In this document: positions 22,015 through 31,373 of the stretch, in pieces
Numbering within the stretch: position 1 is the stretch's first letter
How the letters are laid out: each line of letters opens with the position of its first letter
IMG/VR virus record: IMGVR_UViG_2541047719_000008
Source: a virus
Taxonomy: Duplodnaviria > Heunggongvirae > Uroviricota > Caudoviricetes
Length of the DNA: 55,177 bases
Direction: 5' to 3' (one strand)
Translations under genes and position numbers: made by a program
Notes under the pieces: generated by a model
Database searches by the model: none
Seen by the model: the letters and a program-made list of their open reading frames with translations, nothing else
Told to the model about the DNA's origin: nothing

Positions 22015-22204
22015 ACTGCAGGCGCTGCGTCAGGCGCGCCTTGATTTATTAACCGGTAAACGGGTGGTGTCTGTCCAGAAAGATGGTCGCAGAATTGAAT
22101 ATACGGCGGCTTCTCTGGATGAGCTTAACCGGGCTATCAATGATGCGGAGTCGGTACTGGGGACAACCCGACGTCGCCGTCGTCCGCTGGGAGTGAGGTT
22201 ATGA
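21998..22204 (+). CDS. W: Head-tail joining protein W
   Basis: 68 aa with LLTGKRVVSVQKDGRRIEYTAASL, matching lambda gpW. Confidence 0.8.
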   Translation: MVTVAELQALRQARLDLLTGKRVVSVQKDGRRIEYTAASLDELNRAINDAESVLGTTRRRRRPLGVRL

Positions 22205-23793
22205 AACGAACGCCTGTCCTGATTGATGTGAACGGTGTTCCGCTTCGTGAGAGTCTCAGCTACAACGGGGGCGGCGCAGGATTTGGCGGGCAAATGGCGG
22301 AGTGGTTGCCACCTGCGCAGAGTGCCGATGCGGCCCTGCTGCCCGCGTTGCGTCTGGGGAATGCCCGGGCAGATGATCTAGTGCGCAATAACGGAATAGC
22401 GGCTAATGCGGTTGCCCTGCATAAGGATCACATTGTCGGGCATATGTTTCTGATCAGCTACCGTCCGAACTGGCGCTGGCTGGGGATGCGGGAGACCGCA
22501 GCAAAAAGCTTTGTCGATGAGGTGGAGGCGGCCTGGTCGGAATACGCCGAAGGGATGTTTGGCGAGATCGACGTGGAAGGAAAACGCACGTTCACGGAAT
22601 TTATCCGTGAAGGTGTGGGCGTTCATGCGTTTAACGGCGAAATCTTTGTGCAGCCGGTCTGGGATACGGAAACCACGCAGTTATTCCGTACGCGTTTTAA
22701 AGCTGTGAGTCCGAAACGGGTGGACACGCCTGGACACGGTATGGGGAACCGTTTTCTGCGGGCCGGTGTGGAGGTCGATCGATATGGCCGTGCCGTCGCG
22801 TACCATATCTGTGAGGATGATTTTCCGTTCTCTGGTAGTGGACGATGGGAACGGATCCCGCGTGAACTTCCCACCGGGCGTCCGGCCATGCTGCATATTT
22901 TCGAGCCGGTGGAGGACGGGCAGACCCGTGGGGCTAATCAGTTTTACAGCGTCATGGAACGGCTGAAGATGCTCGATTCCCTGCAGGCAACACAGCTTCA
23001 GTCGGCCATAGTGAAGGCGATGTATGCAGCGACGATTGAAAGTGAACTTGATACCGAAAAGGCCTTTGAATATATCGCCGGCGCGCCACAGGAGCAGAAG
23101 GATAATCCGCTTATTAATATTCTGGAGAAGTTCTCCAGCTGGTATGACACGAATAACGTGACACTGGGCGGAGTCAAAATTCCGCACCTTTTCCCTGGTG
23201 ATGATCTGAAACTACAGACTGCGCAGGATTCAGACAATGGATTTTCTGCACTTGAACAGGCGCTGCTGCGGTATATCGCCGCCGGTCTTGGCGTTTCCTA
23301 CGAACAGTTGTCCCGTGATTACTCGAAGGTCAGTTACTCAAGTGCCCGCGCCTCCGCCAATGAGTCGTGGCGCTATTTTATGGGGCGGCGAAAATTTATT
23401 GCGGCCCGGCTGGCCACGCAGATGTTTTCCTGCTGGCTGGAAGAGGCACTTCTTCGGGGGATTATTCGTCCGCCACGGGCACGTTTTGATTTTTATCAGG
23501 CGCGATCAGCCTGGTCACGGGCAGAGTGGATTGGTGCCGGAAGAATGGCCATTGACGGGCTCAAGGAAGTCCAGGAATCAGTGATGCGCATTGAGGCCGG
23601 ACTGAGCACGTATGAGAAAGAGCTGGCGCTGATGGGCGAGGATTATCAGGACATTTTCCGCCAGCAGGTCAGGGAATCTGCAGAGCGGCAAAAAGCCGGA
23701 CTCTCACGTCCGGTGTGGATATCGCAGGCGTATCAGCAGCAGATAGCGGAGAGTCGCAGGCCGGAAGAGGAGACAACACCACGTGAGACGTAA
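22201..23793 (+). CDS. B: Portal protein B
   Basis: 530 aa at the lambda B position and of the right size; start overlaps the W stop. Confidence 0.85.
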   Translation: MKRTPVLIDVNGVPLRESLSYNGGGAGFGGQMAEWLPPAQSADAALLPALRLGNARADDLVRNNGIAANAVALHKDHIVGHMFLISYRPNWRWLGMRETAAKSFVDEVEAAWSEYAEGMFGEIDVEGKRTFTEFIREGVGVHAFNGEIFVQPVWDTETTQLFRTRFKAVSPKRVDTPGHGMGNRFLRAGVEVDRYGRAVAYHICEDDFPFSGSGRWERIPRELPTGRPAMLHIFEPVEDGQTRGANQFYSVMERLKMLDSLQATQLQSAIVKAMYAATIESELDTEKAFEYIAGAPQEQKDNPLINILEKFSSWYDTNNVTLGGVKIPHLFPGDDLKLQTAQDSDNGFSALEQALLRYIAAGLGVSYEQLSRDYSKVSYSSARASANESWRYFMGRRKFIAARLATQMFSCWLEEALLRGIIRPPRARFDFYQARSAWSRAEWIGAGRMAIDGLKEVQESVMRIEAGLSTYEKELALMGEDYQDIFRQQVRESAERQKAGLSRPVWISQAYQQQIAESRRPEEETTPRET

Positions 23794-25288
23794 TCTTTCA
23801 CACATTATTGCCGCAGCATTCAATGAACCGCTGCTTCTGGAGCCCGCCTATGCGCGGGTTTTCTTTTGCGCGCTCGGGCGCGAGATGGGGGCAGCAAGTC
23901 TTTCGGTACCACAACAACAGGTACAGCTTGATGCTCCCGGAATGCTGGCTGAAACGGACGAGTATATGGCCGGAGGTAAACGACCGGCCCGTGTTTACCG
24001 GGTGGTGAACGGTATTGCTGTACTGCCGGTGACCGGCACGCTGGTGCACCGGCTGGGTGGTATGCGGCCATTTTCCGGAATGACAGGCTATGACGGCATT
24101 GTCGCCTGTCTTCAGCAGGCAATGGCGGATAGCCAGGTGCGGGGCGTACTGCTGGACATTGACAGTCCGGGCGGGCAGGCCGCCGGCGCGTTTGACTGCG
24201 CTGACATGATTTACCGCCTCCGTCAGCAGAAGCCGGTCTGGGCACTGTGCAATGACACGGCCTGTTCTGCAGCCATGCTGCTGGCGTCGGCCTGCTCCCG
24301 ACGGCTGGTTACCCAGACATCCCGTATCGGCTCCATTGGCGTGATGATGAGCCATGTCAGCTATGCCGGTCATCTGGCGCAGGCCGGTGTGGATATCACG
24401 CTGATTTACTCAGGTGCGCACAAGGTGGATGGCAATCAGTTTGAAGCGTTGCCGGCAGAGGTTCGCCAGGACATGCAGCAGCGGATTGATGCGGCGCGCC
24501 GGATGTTTGCCGAAAAAGTGGCGATGTATACCGGTCTGTCTGTTGATGCCGTCACGGGAACAGAGGCTGCCGTTTTTGAAGGTCAGTCCGGCATTGAGGC
24601 CGGGCTGGCGGATGAATTAATCAATGCGTCGGATGCCATCAGTGTGATGGCCACGGCGCTGAACAGTAATGTCAGAGGAGGCACTATGCCGCAATTAACT
24701 GCAACGGAAGCCGCCGCGCAGGAGAACCAGCGAGTGATGGGGATCCTGACATGCCAGGAAGCGAAAGGACGTGAACAGCTTGCCACGATGCTGGCAGGAC
24801 AACAGGGCATGAGCGTTGAACAGGCCCGGGCGATTCTGGCCGCGGCGGCACCGCAGCAGCCGGTGGCATCCACGCAGAGTGAAGCCGATCGCATTATGGC
24901 GTGTGAAGAAGCGAACGGTCGTGAACAACTGGCGGCAACGCTGGCGGCGATGCCGGAGATGACGGTGGAAAAAGCCCGCCCGATCCTGGCTGCTTCACCG
25001 CAGGCGGATGCCGGACCATCACTCCGTGATCAGATCATGGCACTGGATGAGGCAAAAGGGGCTGAGGCGCAGGCTGAACAGCTGGCTGCCTGCCCGGGAA
25101 TGACAGTGGAGAGCGCCCGGGCTGTGCTGGCTGCGGGATCAGGTAAGGCAGAACCGGTCTCTGCATCCACAACCGCCATGTTTGAACATTTCATGGCGAA
25201 CCATTCACCGGCAGCGGTACAGGGTGGCGTGCCACAGACGTCAGCAGACGGTGATGCGGACGTGAAAATGCTCATGGCCATGCCATGA
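23783..25288 (+). CDS. C: Capsid assembly protease C with in-frame Nu3-like scaffold region
   Basis: S49/ClpP-like N-terminal domain; C-terminal part contains three tandem ~45-aa repeats, as expected for the nested scaffold. Confidence 0.85.
   Translation: MRRNLSHIIAAAFNEPLLLEPAYARVFFCALGREMGAASLSVPQQQVQLDAPGMLAETDEYMAGGKRPARVYRVVNGIAVLPVTGTLVHRLGGMRPFSGMTGYDGIVACLQQAMADSQVRGVLLDIDSPGGQAAGAFDCADMIYRLRQQKPVWALCNDTACSAAMLLASACSRRLVTQTSRIGSIGVMMSHVSYAGHLAQAGVDITLIYSGAHKVDGNQFEALPAEVRQDMQQRIDAARRMFAEKVAMYTGLSVDAVTGTEAAVFEGQSGIEAGLADELINASDAISVMATALNSNVRGGTMPQLTATEAAAQENQRVMGILTCQEAKGREQLATMLAGQQGMSVEQARAILAAAAPQQPVASTQSEADRIMACEEANGREQLAATLAAMPEMTVEKARPILAASPQADAGPSLRDQIMALDEAKGAEAQAEQLAACPGMTVESARAVLAAGSGKAEPVSASTTAMFEHFMANHSPAAVQGGVPQTSADGDADVKMLMAMP
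24720..25140. repeat. Three tandem in-frame ~135-bp repeats within C/Nu3
   Basis: Protein repeats CQEAKGREQLATMLAGQQGMSVEQARAILAAAAPQ / CEEANGREQLAATLAAMPEMTVEKARPILAASPQ / LDEAKGAEAQAEQLAACPGMTVESARAVLAAG. Confidence 0.5.
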
Positions 25289-25324
25289 AGTCAGTGCTGA
25301 CCATCAATAGGAGGTTTTTACAAT

Positions 25325-25672
25325 ATGGTGACGAAAACCATCACTGAACAGCGTGCGGAAGTACGTATTTTTGCCGGTAATGATCCGGCTCATACCGCCA
25401 CAGGCAGCAGCGGGATTTCCTCGCCAACACCGGCACTGACGCCCCTGATGCTGGATGAAGCCACCGGGAAACTGGTGGTCTGGGACGGACAGAAAGCCGG
25501 TAGTGCGGTTGGCATACTGGTACTGCCGCTTGAAGGTACAGAGACGGCGCTGACGTATTACAAGTCGGGAACCTTTGCGACGGAGGCAATCCACTGGCCT
25601 GAAAGTGTGGATGAACACAAAAAGGCCAACGCCTTTGCCGGCAGTGCCCTGAGTCACGCGGCGCTGCCGTAA
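25325..25672 (+). CDS. D: Head decoration protein D
   Basis: 115 aa with DPAHTAT ... TPLMLD ... VVWDG ... YKSGTF ... HWPESV, matching lambda gpD. Confidence 0.85.
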   Translation: MVTKTITEQRAEVRIFAGNDPAHTATGSSGISSPTPALTPLMLDEATGKLVVWDGQKAGSAVGILVLPLEGTETALTYYKSGTFATEAIHWPESVDEHKKANAFAGSALSHAALP

Positions 25673-25729
25673 CACGTTATCAGGCCACCGCGGTGGCCTG
25701 ACTGATTTCTGAATGAAAGGAACTGATTT

Positions 25730-25975
25730 ATGGGATTGTTTACGACCCGCCAGTTACTCGGTTATACCGAACAAAAAGTTAAATTTCGTGCGCTGTTTCT
25801 GGAGCTGTTTTTCCGCCGTACGGTGAATTTCCATACCGAAGAGGTGATGCTGGACAAAATTACCGGAAAAACGCCGGTGGCGGCCTATGTCTCCCCGGTT
25901 GTTGAAGGAAAAGTGCTGCGTCATCGTGGTGGTGAAACCCGCGTGTTGCGTCCGGGCTACGTCAAGCCGAAGCAC
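25730..25975 (+). pseudogene. E: Major capsid protein E, N-terminal fragment (interrupted by the inserted element)
   Basis: First ~82 codons match lambda gpE up to RPGYVKPKH, then the frame runs into unrelated sequence and stops at 26005. Confidence 0.85.
25965..25975. other. Left junction core repeat (attL-like) AGCCGAAGCAC
   Basis: 11-bp sequence at the point where E homology ends; an imperfect copy AGCCGAAACAC lies where E homology resumes (36698-36708). Confidence 0.55.
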
Positions 25976-26137
25976 TTAGCATGGCTTTCTGAGGCTTTCG
26001 TGTAGTTGCTGGTTTTTACACTTAATCTTTTGATAATAAAGAGTAAGTTTATCTGGCGCTTTCACTGGATTTTCCTCGTTATCTGTGTGTTGCAATCATC
26101 TCTGTATTGCAGCTTGTATTGCTTTTTGGGGCTAAAA

Positions 26138-27373
26138 ATGGCTGGCGAGAACAAACTGAGCGACAAAGCACTTAAAGGATATCTGGGGAAACCTAGAGAA
26201 AAGCAGATCACCATTGCTGATGGAAAGGGGCTTTCTATTCGTGTGAGTACCAAGGGGGCTGTGAGCTTTGTTTTCTTCTACAGGTTAGCAGGTGGCCGGG
26301 CTGCTCCGGTCTGGCTAACGTTGGGTAAATATCCTGATATGTCACTCAAACAGGCAAGGGAAAAGCGCGACGAGTGCCGTGGTTGGTTGGCTGACAAACG
26401 TGATCCGCGTATTCAGATTAAGATTCAGGCTGAAGAACGCTTAAAGCCGGTCACAGTGGAGGATGCACTAAATTACTGGTATGAAAATTACTGTAAGGTG
26501 CGTCGTAAAACTCATGCTGTAACGCTTGGCAGATTTCGAAAGCATATCTTTCCCTATATCGGTCATTTGCCCGTAAATGACACTCACCTATATGAATGGC
26601 TGGACTGTTTTGACCGAATTAAACGTAATGCACCAGTTATGGCGGCGTATGTTTTTTCTGACACTAAATTAGCTCTTCGTTTTTGTCGGGTACGCCAGTA
26701 CGCGACGTGTGATGCTTTAAAGGATTTGCGCATGAGTGATGTGGGGCAGATTGCAGGTAAGCGGGATCGGGTTCTGGATGAAGCCGAACTGGGCCAGCTC
26801 TGGAAGGCAATTTTTGTCGAGCCTGATTTAAAACTAATGTCTGAATACACGCGAAAAATGTTTGTGCTTTGTACAGTATTTGGATGTCGAATGAGTGAAG
26901 CCCGATTATCAGAATGGAGCGAATGGGATCTAGAAAGTTGGGTTTGGACTGTACCGAAAGATCACTCAAAAACTGGTGTTGAAATTGTCAGGCCAGTACC
27001 TGAAATTCTACGGCAGTGGGTAACGGATGTTCACGAAGAGACAAAACATACTGGTTATGTGCTGGGAAGTCTGCGAATTAGAGAAAGCGTAAGCAAGATT
27101 GGGGGGAAAATCGGTAAACGTTTGGGCCATGAAAAACAATGGTCACTACACGACCTTAGAAGAACGCTATCTACTCATCTAAGTGATCTCGGTGTTGAAT
27201 TTTATGTAGTAGAACAACTGTTAGGCCATGCGCTACCTGGCGTGGCAGGTGTTTACAACCGGAGTAAGTTTATGGCTAAAAAACTGGATGCTCTGGAACT
27301 CTGGACTACATATCTCAATAGCATCGCAGCTGCTGATTCAAAAGTGACAATCCTCAAACAAAAGGCTGGTTAG
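26138..27373 (+). CDS. int: Tyrosine integrase, P4-type
   Basis: N-terminal LSDKALKGYLGKP...GKGLSIRVS (P4-integrase N-domain) and C-terminal catalytic HDLRRT ... GH...Y motifs; start taken at MAGENK rather than the upstream ORF start at 26006. Confidence 0.85.
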   Translation: MAGENKLSDKALKGYLGKPREKQITIADGKGLSIRVSTKGAVSFVFFYRLAGGRAAPVWLTLGKYPDMSLKQAREKRDECRGWLADKRDPRIQIKIQAEERLKPVTVEDALNYWYENYCKVRRKTHAVTLGRFRKHIFPYIGHLPVNDTHLYEWLDCFDRIKRNAPVMAAYVFSDTKLALRFCRVRQYATCDALKDLRMSDVGQIAGKRDRVLDEAELGQLWKAIFVEPDLKLMSEYTRKMFVLCTVFGCRMSEARLSEWSEWDLESWVWTVPKDHSKTGVEIVRPVPEILRQWVTDVHEETKHTGYVLGSLRIRESVSKIGGKIGKRLGHEKQWSLHDLRRTLSTHLSDLGVEFYVVEQLLGHALPGVAGVYNRSKFMAKKLDALELWTTYLNSIAAADSKVTILKQKAG

Positions 27374-27374
27374 C

Positions 27375-27596
27375 ATGAAAAAAATGGCAATTGTTGATAA
27401 AAAGGGGCTGGAGTACATTCCTAACATTGACCGAATGATCCGTGAGAAAGAATGTCGGGAGCTAACCACTCTTGCGAACAGCACACGCTGGAAGCTTGAA
27501 AAGGAGGGGAAATTCCCCAAGCGAATCAAAATCGGATCTACGGCGGTGGCTTATAGACTCTCTGAGATTCAAGCTTGGATAAGAGGTGAATGGTAA
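27375..27596 (+). CDS. alpA: AlpA-family transcriptional regulator/excisionase
   Basis: 73 aa; REKECRELTTLANSTRWKLEKEGKFPKRIKIG...AYRLSEIQAWI matches the AlpA pattern; directly follows int. Confidence 0.75.
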   Translation: MKKMAIVDKKGLEYIPNIDRMIREKECRELTTLANSTRWKLEKEGKFPKRIKIGSTAVAYRLSEIQAWIRGEW

Positions 27597-27622
27597 GTTA
27601 GGGAGGTATTCCTCCCTATATC

Positions 27623-28306
27623 TTACAGGAAATTTTTTAAATCAGGGTTTTTTCCAAATGCGCTCTTATAATATACTGTTGCAATCTCGTTAAAAATAGT
27701 TTTTATATCATCGGTAACCACTATTGTTGCTACGCGCAAATCTTTTTGATATTCATTTAAATCTGGAGGGGTATAGTCCAATAGCGTTGATTTATCCAAG
27801 ATTAAATGTTCTAACATGGCATAGCGCTCAATCAATGTTTTATAAAAATGATATTGATTTTCACTGTTAGCATGTGCACAGTTTATTGCAAGTAAATACG
27901 TTATTTCATTATCTAGATGTGCACGGACAAGGCTTGTATAGGTTTTTTTACGATCTAGATCAAAGGGATGGTATCCAGCATTTTCATCAATGAACTTCAA
28001 TAGATGATATAATATTCTGAAGTAGCTTCCAAAAACAGCATCATGATTGTGCATCAGTGTATTAGTGTCTTTTAAAGAAACCAATCCATTCATCATTTTA
28101 TTAATTAACTCTGAGTAATTTGATTTTTTTCTAAGATCATTTAGAGCATTGTTATGTTGAGATAACATGAGAGAAAATGTTGATTCAAAAGATGATTGCT
28201 TTTTAGCAATTAATGCAACTAACACTGCTGTGCAAGTCCCGAGTGCCACGAAGAAATTTATAATGTTTGATGCAGTGAATACAGCATCGTCAGGAGTTGG
28301 AGTCAT
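27623..28306 (-). CDS. AT-rich cargo gene: hypothetical membrane-anchored protein, candidate abortive-infection/defence factor
   Basis: 227 aa on the opposite strand to int-alpA; one N-terminal hydrophobic helix; markedly AT-rich compared with its neighbours; no confident family assignment. Confidence 0.5.
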   Translation of the reverse strand: MTPTPDDAVFTASNIINFFVALGTCTAVLVALIAKKQSSFESTFSLMLSQHNNALNDLRKKSNYSELINKMMNGLVSLKDTNTLMHNHDAVFGSYFRILYHLLKFIDENAGYHPFDLDRKKTYTSLVRAHLDNEITYLLAINCAHANSENQYHFYKTLIERYAMLEHLILDKSTLLDYTPPDLNEYQKDLRVATIVVTDDIKTIFNEIATVYYKSAFGKNPDLKNFL

Positions 28307-28338
28307 TTGAATATCCTATTCAATAAAAATTAAAAAAA

Positions 28339-28533
28339 TTAGCCTTTAGGTTCTATACCTTTACGGCGAAGCTCAGCACGAACTAATTCTTTAATCCAAT
28401 TGGCCAAGCTCATTCCTTCCTGAGCTGCTGATTCAGCCATCTGTTCTTTGAGTTCAGGATTGATTCGGATCTGAAACGCAGGGGCTTTGCCGGCTCCTTT
28501 TGGCTGCTTATCTCTTTGAATTGTAGTTGACAT
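28339..28533 (-). CDS. Ribbon-helix-helix (CopG/Arc-type) DNA-binding protein
   Basis: 64 aa; APAFQIRINPELKEQMAESAAQEGMSLANWIKELVRAEL is a classic RHH beta-strand plus two helices. Confidence 0.65.
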   Translation of the reverse strand: MSTTIQRDKQPKGAGKAPAFQIRINPELKEQMAESAAQEGMSLANWIKELVRAELRRKGIEPKG

Positions 28534-28578
28534 GTGTGTACCTATTGCTTAGCATCAGTGTTGAATAGGTACACACAT
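28532..28578. promoter_or_regulatory. Perfect 15-bp inverted repeat (candidate operator) at the RHH gene start
   Basis: ATGTGTGTACCTATT ... 17 bp ... AATAGGTACACACAT, overlapping the RHH start codon, in the divergent intergenic region. Confidence 0.5.
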
Positions 28579-28669
28579 TAACATGATGTTATACCTATAA
28601 ACAACGCCCTAGGGTGCTCGCAACACACCTAGGGCGTCTAACCACAAACCGTTAACTGGAGTAACGACT

Positions 28670-29035
28670 ATGGCTGGAACACAGCATACCCAAACTCACC
28701 CTAAATTTATATACATCTTTCTGGCGCTACATCGCGATCGCATAGCAGATGGAGCAACTACGGTACATGTAGCCGCTGACACGCTGGTTGATGCGCGCAA
28801 GATGGTTAAGGAGATGGGCTATACTGCGGCTTTCTGGAAAGGGCGGGAAGAAAACACGCTGTTTATTCAGAAATGTGAAAACAATTTCATCTGGCGTTTT
28901 ATCGCCCTGAGTACGGCACAACCGCGCGTGATTACCATCGAGGCCACCAGCGAACAGGAAGCCCGCCAGCAATCCCCAACTGGCTGCGTGATGATATTCG
29001 CCGCCCGTATTCGTCAGGAGGTGTGCCATGAATGA
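28670..29035 (+). CDS. Hypothetical protein (first gene of the rightward operon of the element)
   Basis: 121-aa ORF; no motif recognised; true start may be internal. Confidence 0.4.
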   Translation: MAGTQHTQTHPKFIYIFLALHRDRIADGATTVHVAADTLVDARKMVKEMGYTAAFWKGREENTLFIQKCENNFIWRFIALSTAQPRVITIEATSEQEARQQSPTGCVMIFAARIRQEVCHE

Positions 29036-29252
29036 TCTTTATTTTAAAGTGCTGACACATGCTGAAAACGCGCTCGTTTGTGGCAAAAATATGCGAGAAA
29101 TCTTATCAACCTGGCTTGATGGGACAACAAATGCGGAACACGATGAACGGGATGCTAATTTAGCTGGAGCGTTAATTACGTTACTTGATCCTGTCATCAA
29201 AGAGCTGGATGAAGCTATAAAAATACACGACCAGAGCTATACCGGAGAATAA
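29028..29252 (+). CDS. Hypothetical protein
   Basis: 74-aa ORF overlapping the upstream stop. Confidence 0.4.
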   Translation: MNDLYFKVLTHAENALVCGKNMREILSTWLDGTTNAEHDERDANLAGALITLLDPVIKELDEAIKIHDQSYTGE

Positions 29253-29255
29253 AAA

Positions 29256-29543
29256 ATGAAAAATAAATTTTCTGGCTTTATTGCCAGCGGTCAAACTCAT
29301 TCAAAAATCAGCCTTGGGGATATTTTCAAAGATAGCTATGGCTATCGGGTAAAGATTATTTCGGTTGATGATCGTCGTGTCTCTTATTTGCGTGATGGTT
29401 ATGATTTTGAATGTGTTATGCCGCGTCAGCAGTTCGAAAGAGATTTCATTCTGGTAAAAAATTGCAAGACAGATAATCAGAGGCGTGCCGCAGGCTATAT
29501 CCGTAAAATTCGGGCAATGTTAGTTGCCGGAGGTAACAAATGA
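29256..29543 (+). CDS. Hypothetical protein
   Basis: 95-aa ORF immediately preceding and overlapping the primase start. Confidence 0.4.
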   Translation: MKNKFSGFIASGQTHSKISLGDIFKDSYGYRVKIISVDDRRVSYLRDGYDFECVMPRQQFERDFILVKNCKTDNQRRAAGYIRKIRAMLVAGGNK

Positions 29544-31360
29544 AACGTGCTCCGAACTTAAAATACCAACCGCGCGACAAAATGACGGAAGTCATCATTT
29601 TTGCTGGCAGTGATGCCTGGAGCCATGCAAAAGAATGGAATGAATGGGCAGGTAAGCATATTGCAGCAGATGATACACCACCAGTCATTCTGGGTACGGA
29701 ACAACTGGAAAACCTGGATGATATGCAAATTATCGATGAAGGCCGTCATTATGTGCGTGTTTATCGTGCCGGAAAGATTGCAGAGAAAAGTCTGACGAAG
29801 GTTGCGACATTACTTGCTATTGCAGGCGTAAAGGAAGCACGTTGTTACCGTAGCTTTGTTGATCGAGAGCCTGAAGACTGGACTCCGCGCCTTGTCGGCC
29901 TAAAAGCTGAAGCGGAGCATGGGGAAAGTCTGGTGATTGAACTGCCAGTGAAGAAGGCAGAGCGCAAAAATGACGAGCGTGCTTCATCTTTGGCGTTGAA
30001 TCAGATGGGGGCCAGCCAGCGCGGTGAAGTTCTCCTTGCACATTACGGCGGCGAACTGGCAATCAATGCCGACTCTGACACCGTTCATCATTACAACGGC
30101 GTTGTATGGGAGCCGGTTCAGGATAAAGAGTTACAGCGTGCTATGGCGCAGATTTTCATTGATGCGGAGATCAGCTATTCGCAGAACGCCATTAAATCGG
30201 CGGTAGATACCATGAAGTTAAGTTTGCCTGTAATGGGGAATACAGCCCGTAACCTGATTGGATTCAGTAACGGGGTATTTGATACCAGAACTGGTAATTT
30301 TCGGGAGCATAACAAAAACGACTGGTTGTTAATTGCCAGTGAATTACCTTTCAGCCCACCAGCAGAGGGGGAAACGCTGGCAACACATGCGCCGAATTTC
30401 TGGAAGTGGTTGCGCCGTTCGGTGGCTGAGAATGACCGCAAGGCAGATCGCGTACTGGCGGCATTATTCATGGTGCTGGCGAACCGGTACGACTGGCAGT
30501 TATTCATTGAGGTAACAGGGCCGGGGGGAAGTGGTAAAAGTGTGATGGCGGAGATTTGCACCATGCTGGCGGGTAAGGCGAATACAGTATCAGCAAGCAT
30601 GAAGGCGCTGGAAGATGCAAGGGAACGTGCGTTAGTGGTTGGCTTTTCGCTGATTATCATGCCGGATATGACCCGCTACGCTGGTGATGGGGCAGGGATT
30701 AAGGCCATTACAGGCGGTGACAAGGTGGCAATTGACCCGAAACACAAAGCCCCCTATTCAACGCGTATTCCGGCAGTAGTGCTGGCGGTTAACAATAACG
30801 CCATGTCATTCAGTGACCGCAGCGGGGGGATCTCACGTCGTCGGGTGATATTCAATTTTTCGGAAGTTGTACCGGAGAACGAACGCGATTCGATGCTGGC
30901 GGAAAAAATAGAAGGTGAGCTGGCGGTAGTGATTCGCCATCTGCTTACACGGTTTGCTGATCAGGACGAAGCCAGACGCCTGTTATATGAGCAGCAGAAA
31001 TCTGAAGAAGCACTGGCGATAAAGCGAGAGGGGGATTCGCTGGTGGACTTCTGCGGCTATCTCATGGCATCGGTAATGTGTGATGGCCTGTTAGTGGGTA
31101 ATGCTGAAATTGTGCCATTCAGCCCACGCAGGTATCTCTATCATGCCTATCTGGCTTATATGAGGGCACATGGGTTTGGTAAACCTGTAACACTGACGCG
31201 CTTCGGTAAAGATATGCCGGGGGCAATGGCGGAATATGGCAGGGAGTATATGAAACGGAAAACGAAGCACGGTTTGCGTTCAAACGTGACACTGACGGAG
31301 GAATCAGAAGACTGGATGCCATCATGTGTATCGGTCACTAATGACGATAGCAAAAATTAA
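29540..31360 (+). CDS. Primase/helicase replication initiator (P4-alpha / PICI Pri-Rep type)
   Basis: 606 aa with Walker A GPGGSGKS in the C-terminal half (D5/P4-primase-type NTPase); followed directly by an iteron array. Confidence 0.8.
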   Translation: MKRAPNLKYQPRDKMTEVIIFAGSDAWSHAKEWNEWAGKHIAADDTPPVILGTEQLENLDDMQIIDEGRHYVRVYRAGKIAEKSLTKVATLLAIAGVKEARCYRSFVDREPEDWTPRLVGLKAEAEHGESLVIELPVKKAERKNDERASSLALNQMGASQRGEVLLAHYGGELAINADSDTVHHYNGVVWEPVQDKELQRAMAQIFIDAEISYSQNAIKSAVDTMKLSLPVMGNTARNLIGFSNGVFDTRTGNFREHNKNDWLLIASELPFSPPAEGETLATHAPNFWKWLRRSVAENDRKADRVLAALFMVLANRYDWQLFIEVTGPGGSGKSVMAEICTMLAGKANTVSASMKALEDARERALVVGFSLIIMPDMTRYAGDGAGIKAITGGDKVAIDPKHKAPYSTRIPAVVLAVNNNAMSFSDRSGGISRRRVIFNFSEVVPENERDSMLAEKIEGELAVVIRHLLTRFADQDEARRLLYEQQKSEEALAIKREGDSLVDFCGYLMASVMCDGLLVGNAEIVPFSPRRYLYHAYLAYMRAHGFGKPVTLTRFGKDMPGAMAEYGREYMKRKTKHGLRSNVTLTEESEDWMPSCVSVTNDDSKN

Positions 31361-31373
31361 ACTTATGGAATAA

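Noticed and set aside
26006-26137. Upstream extension of the integrase ORF (start at 26006)
   Set aside because: The first 44 codons are hydrophobic and low-complexity and overlap the junction and arm-repeat region; the integrase N-domain homology begins at MAGENK (26138).
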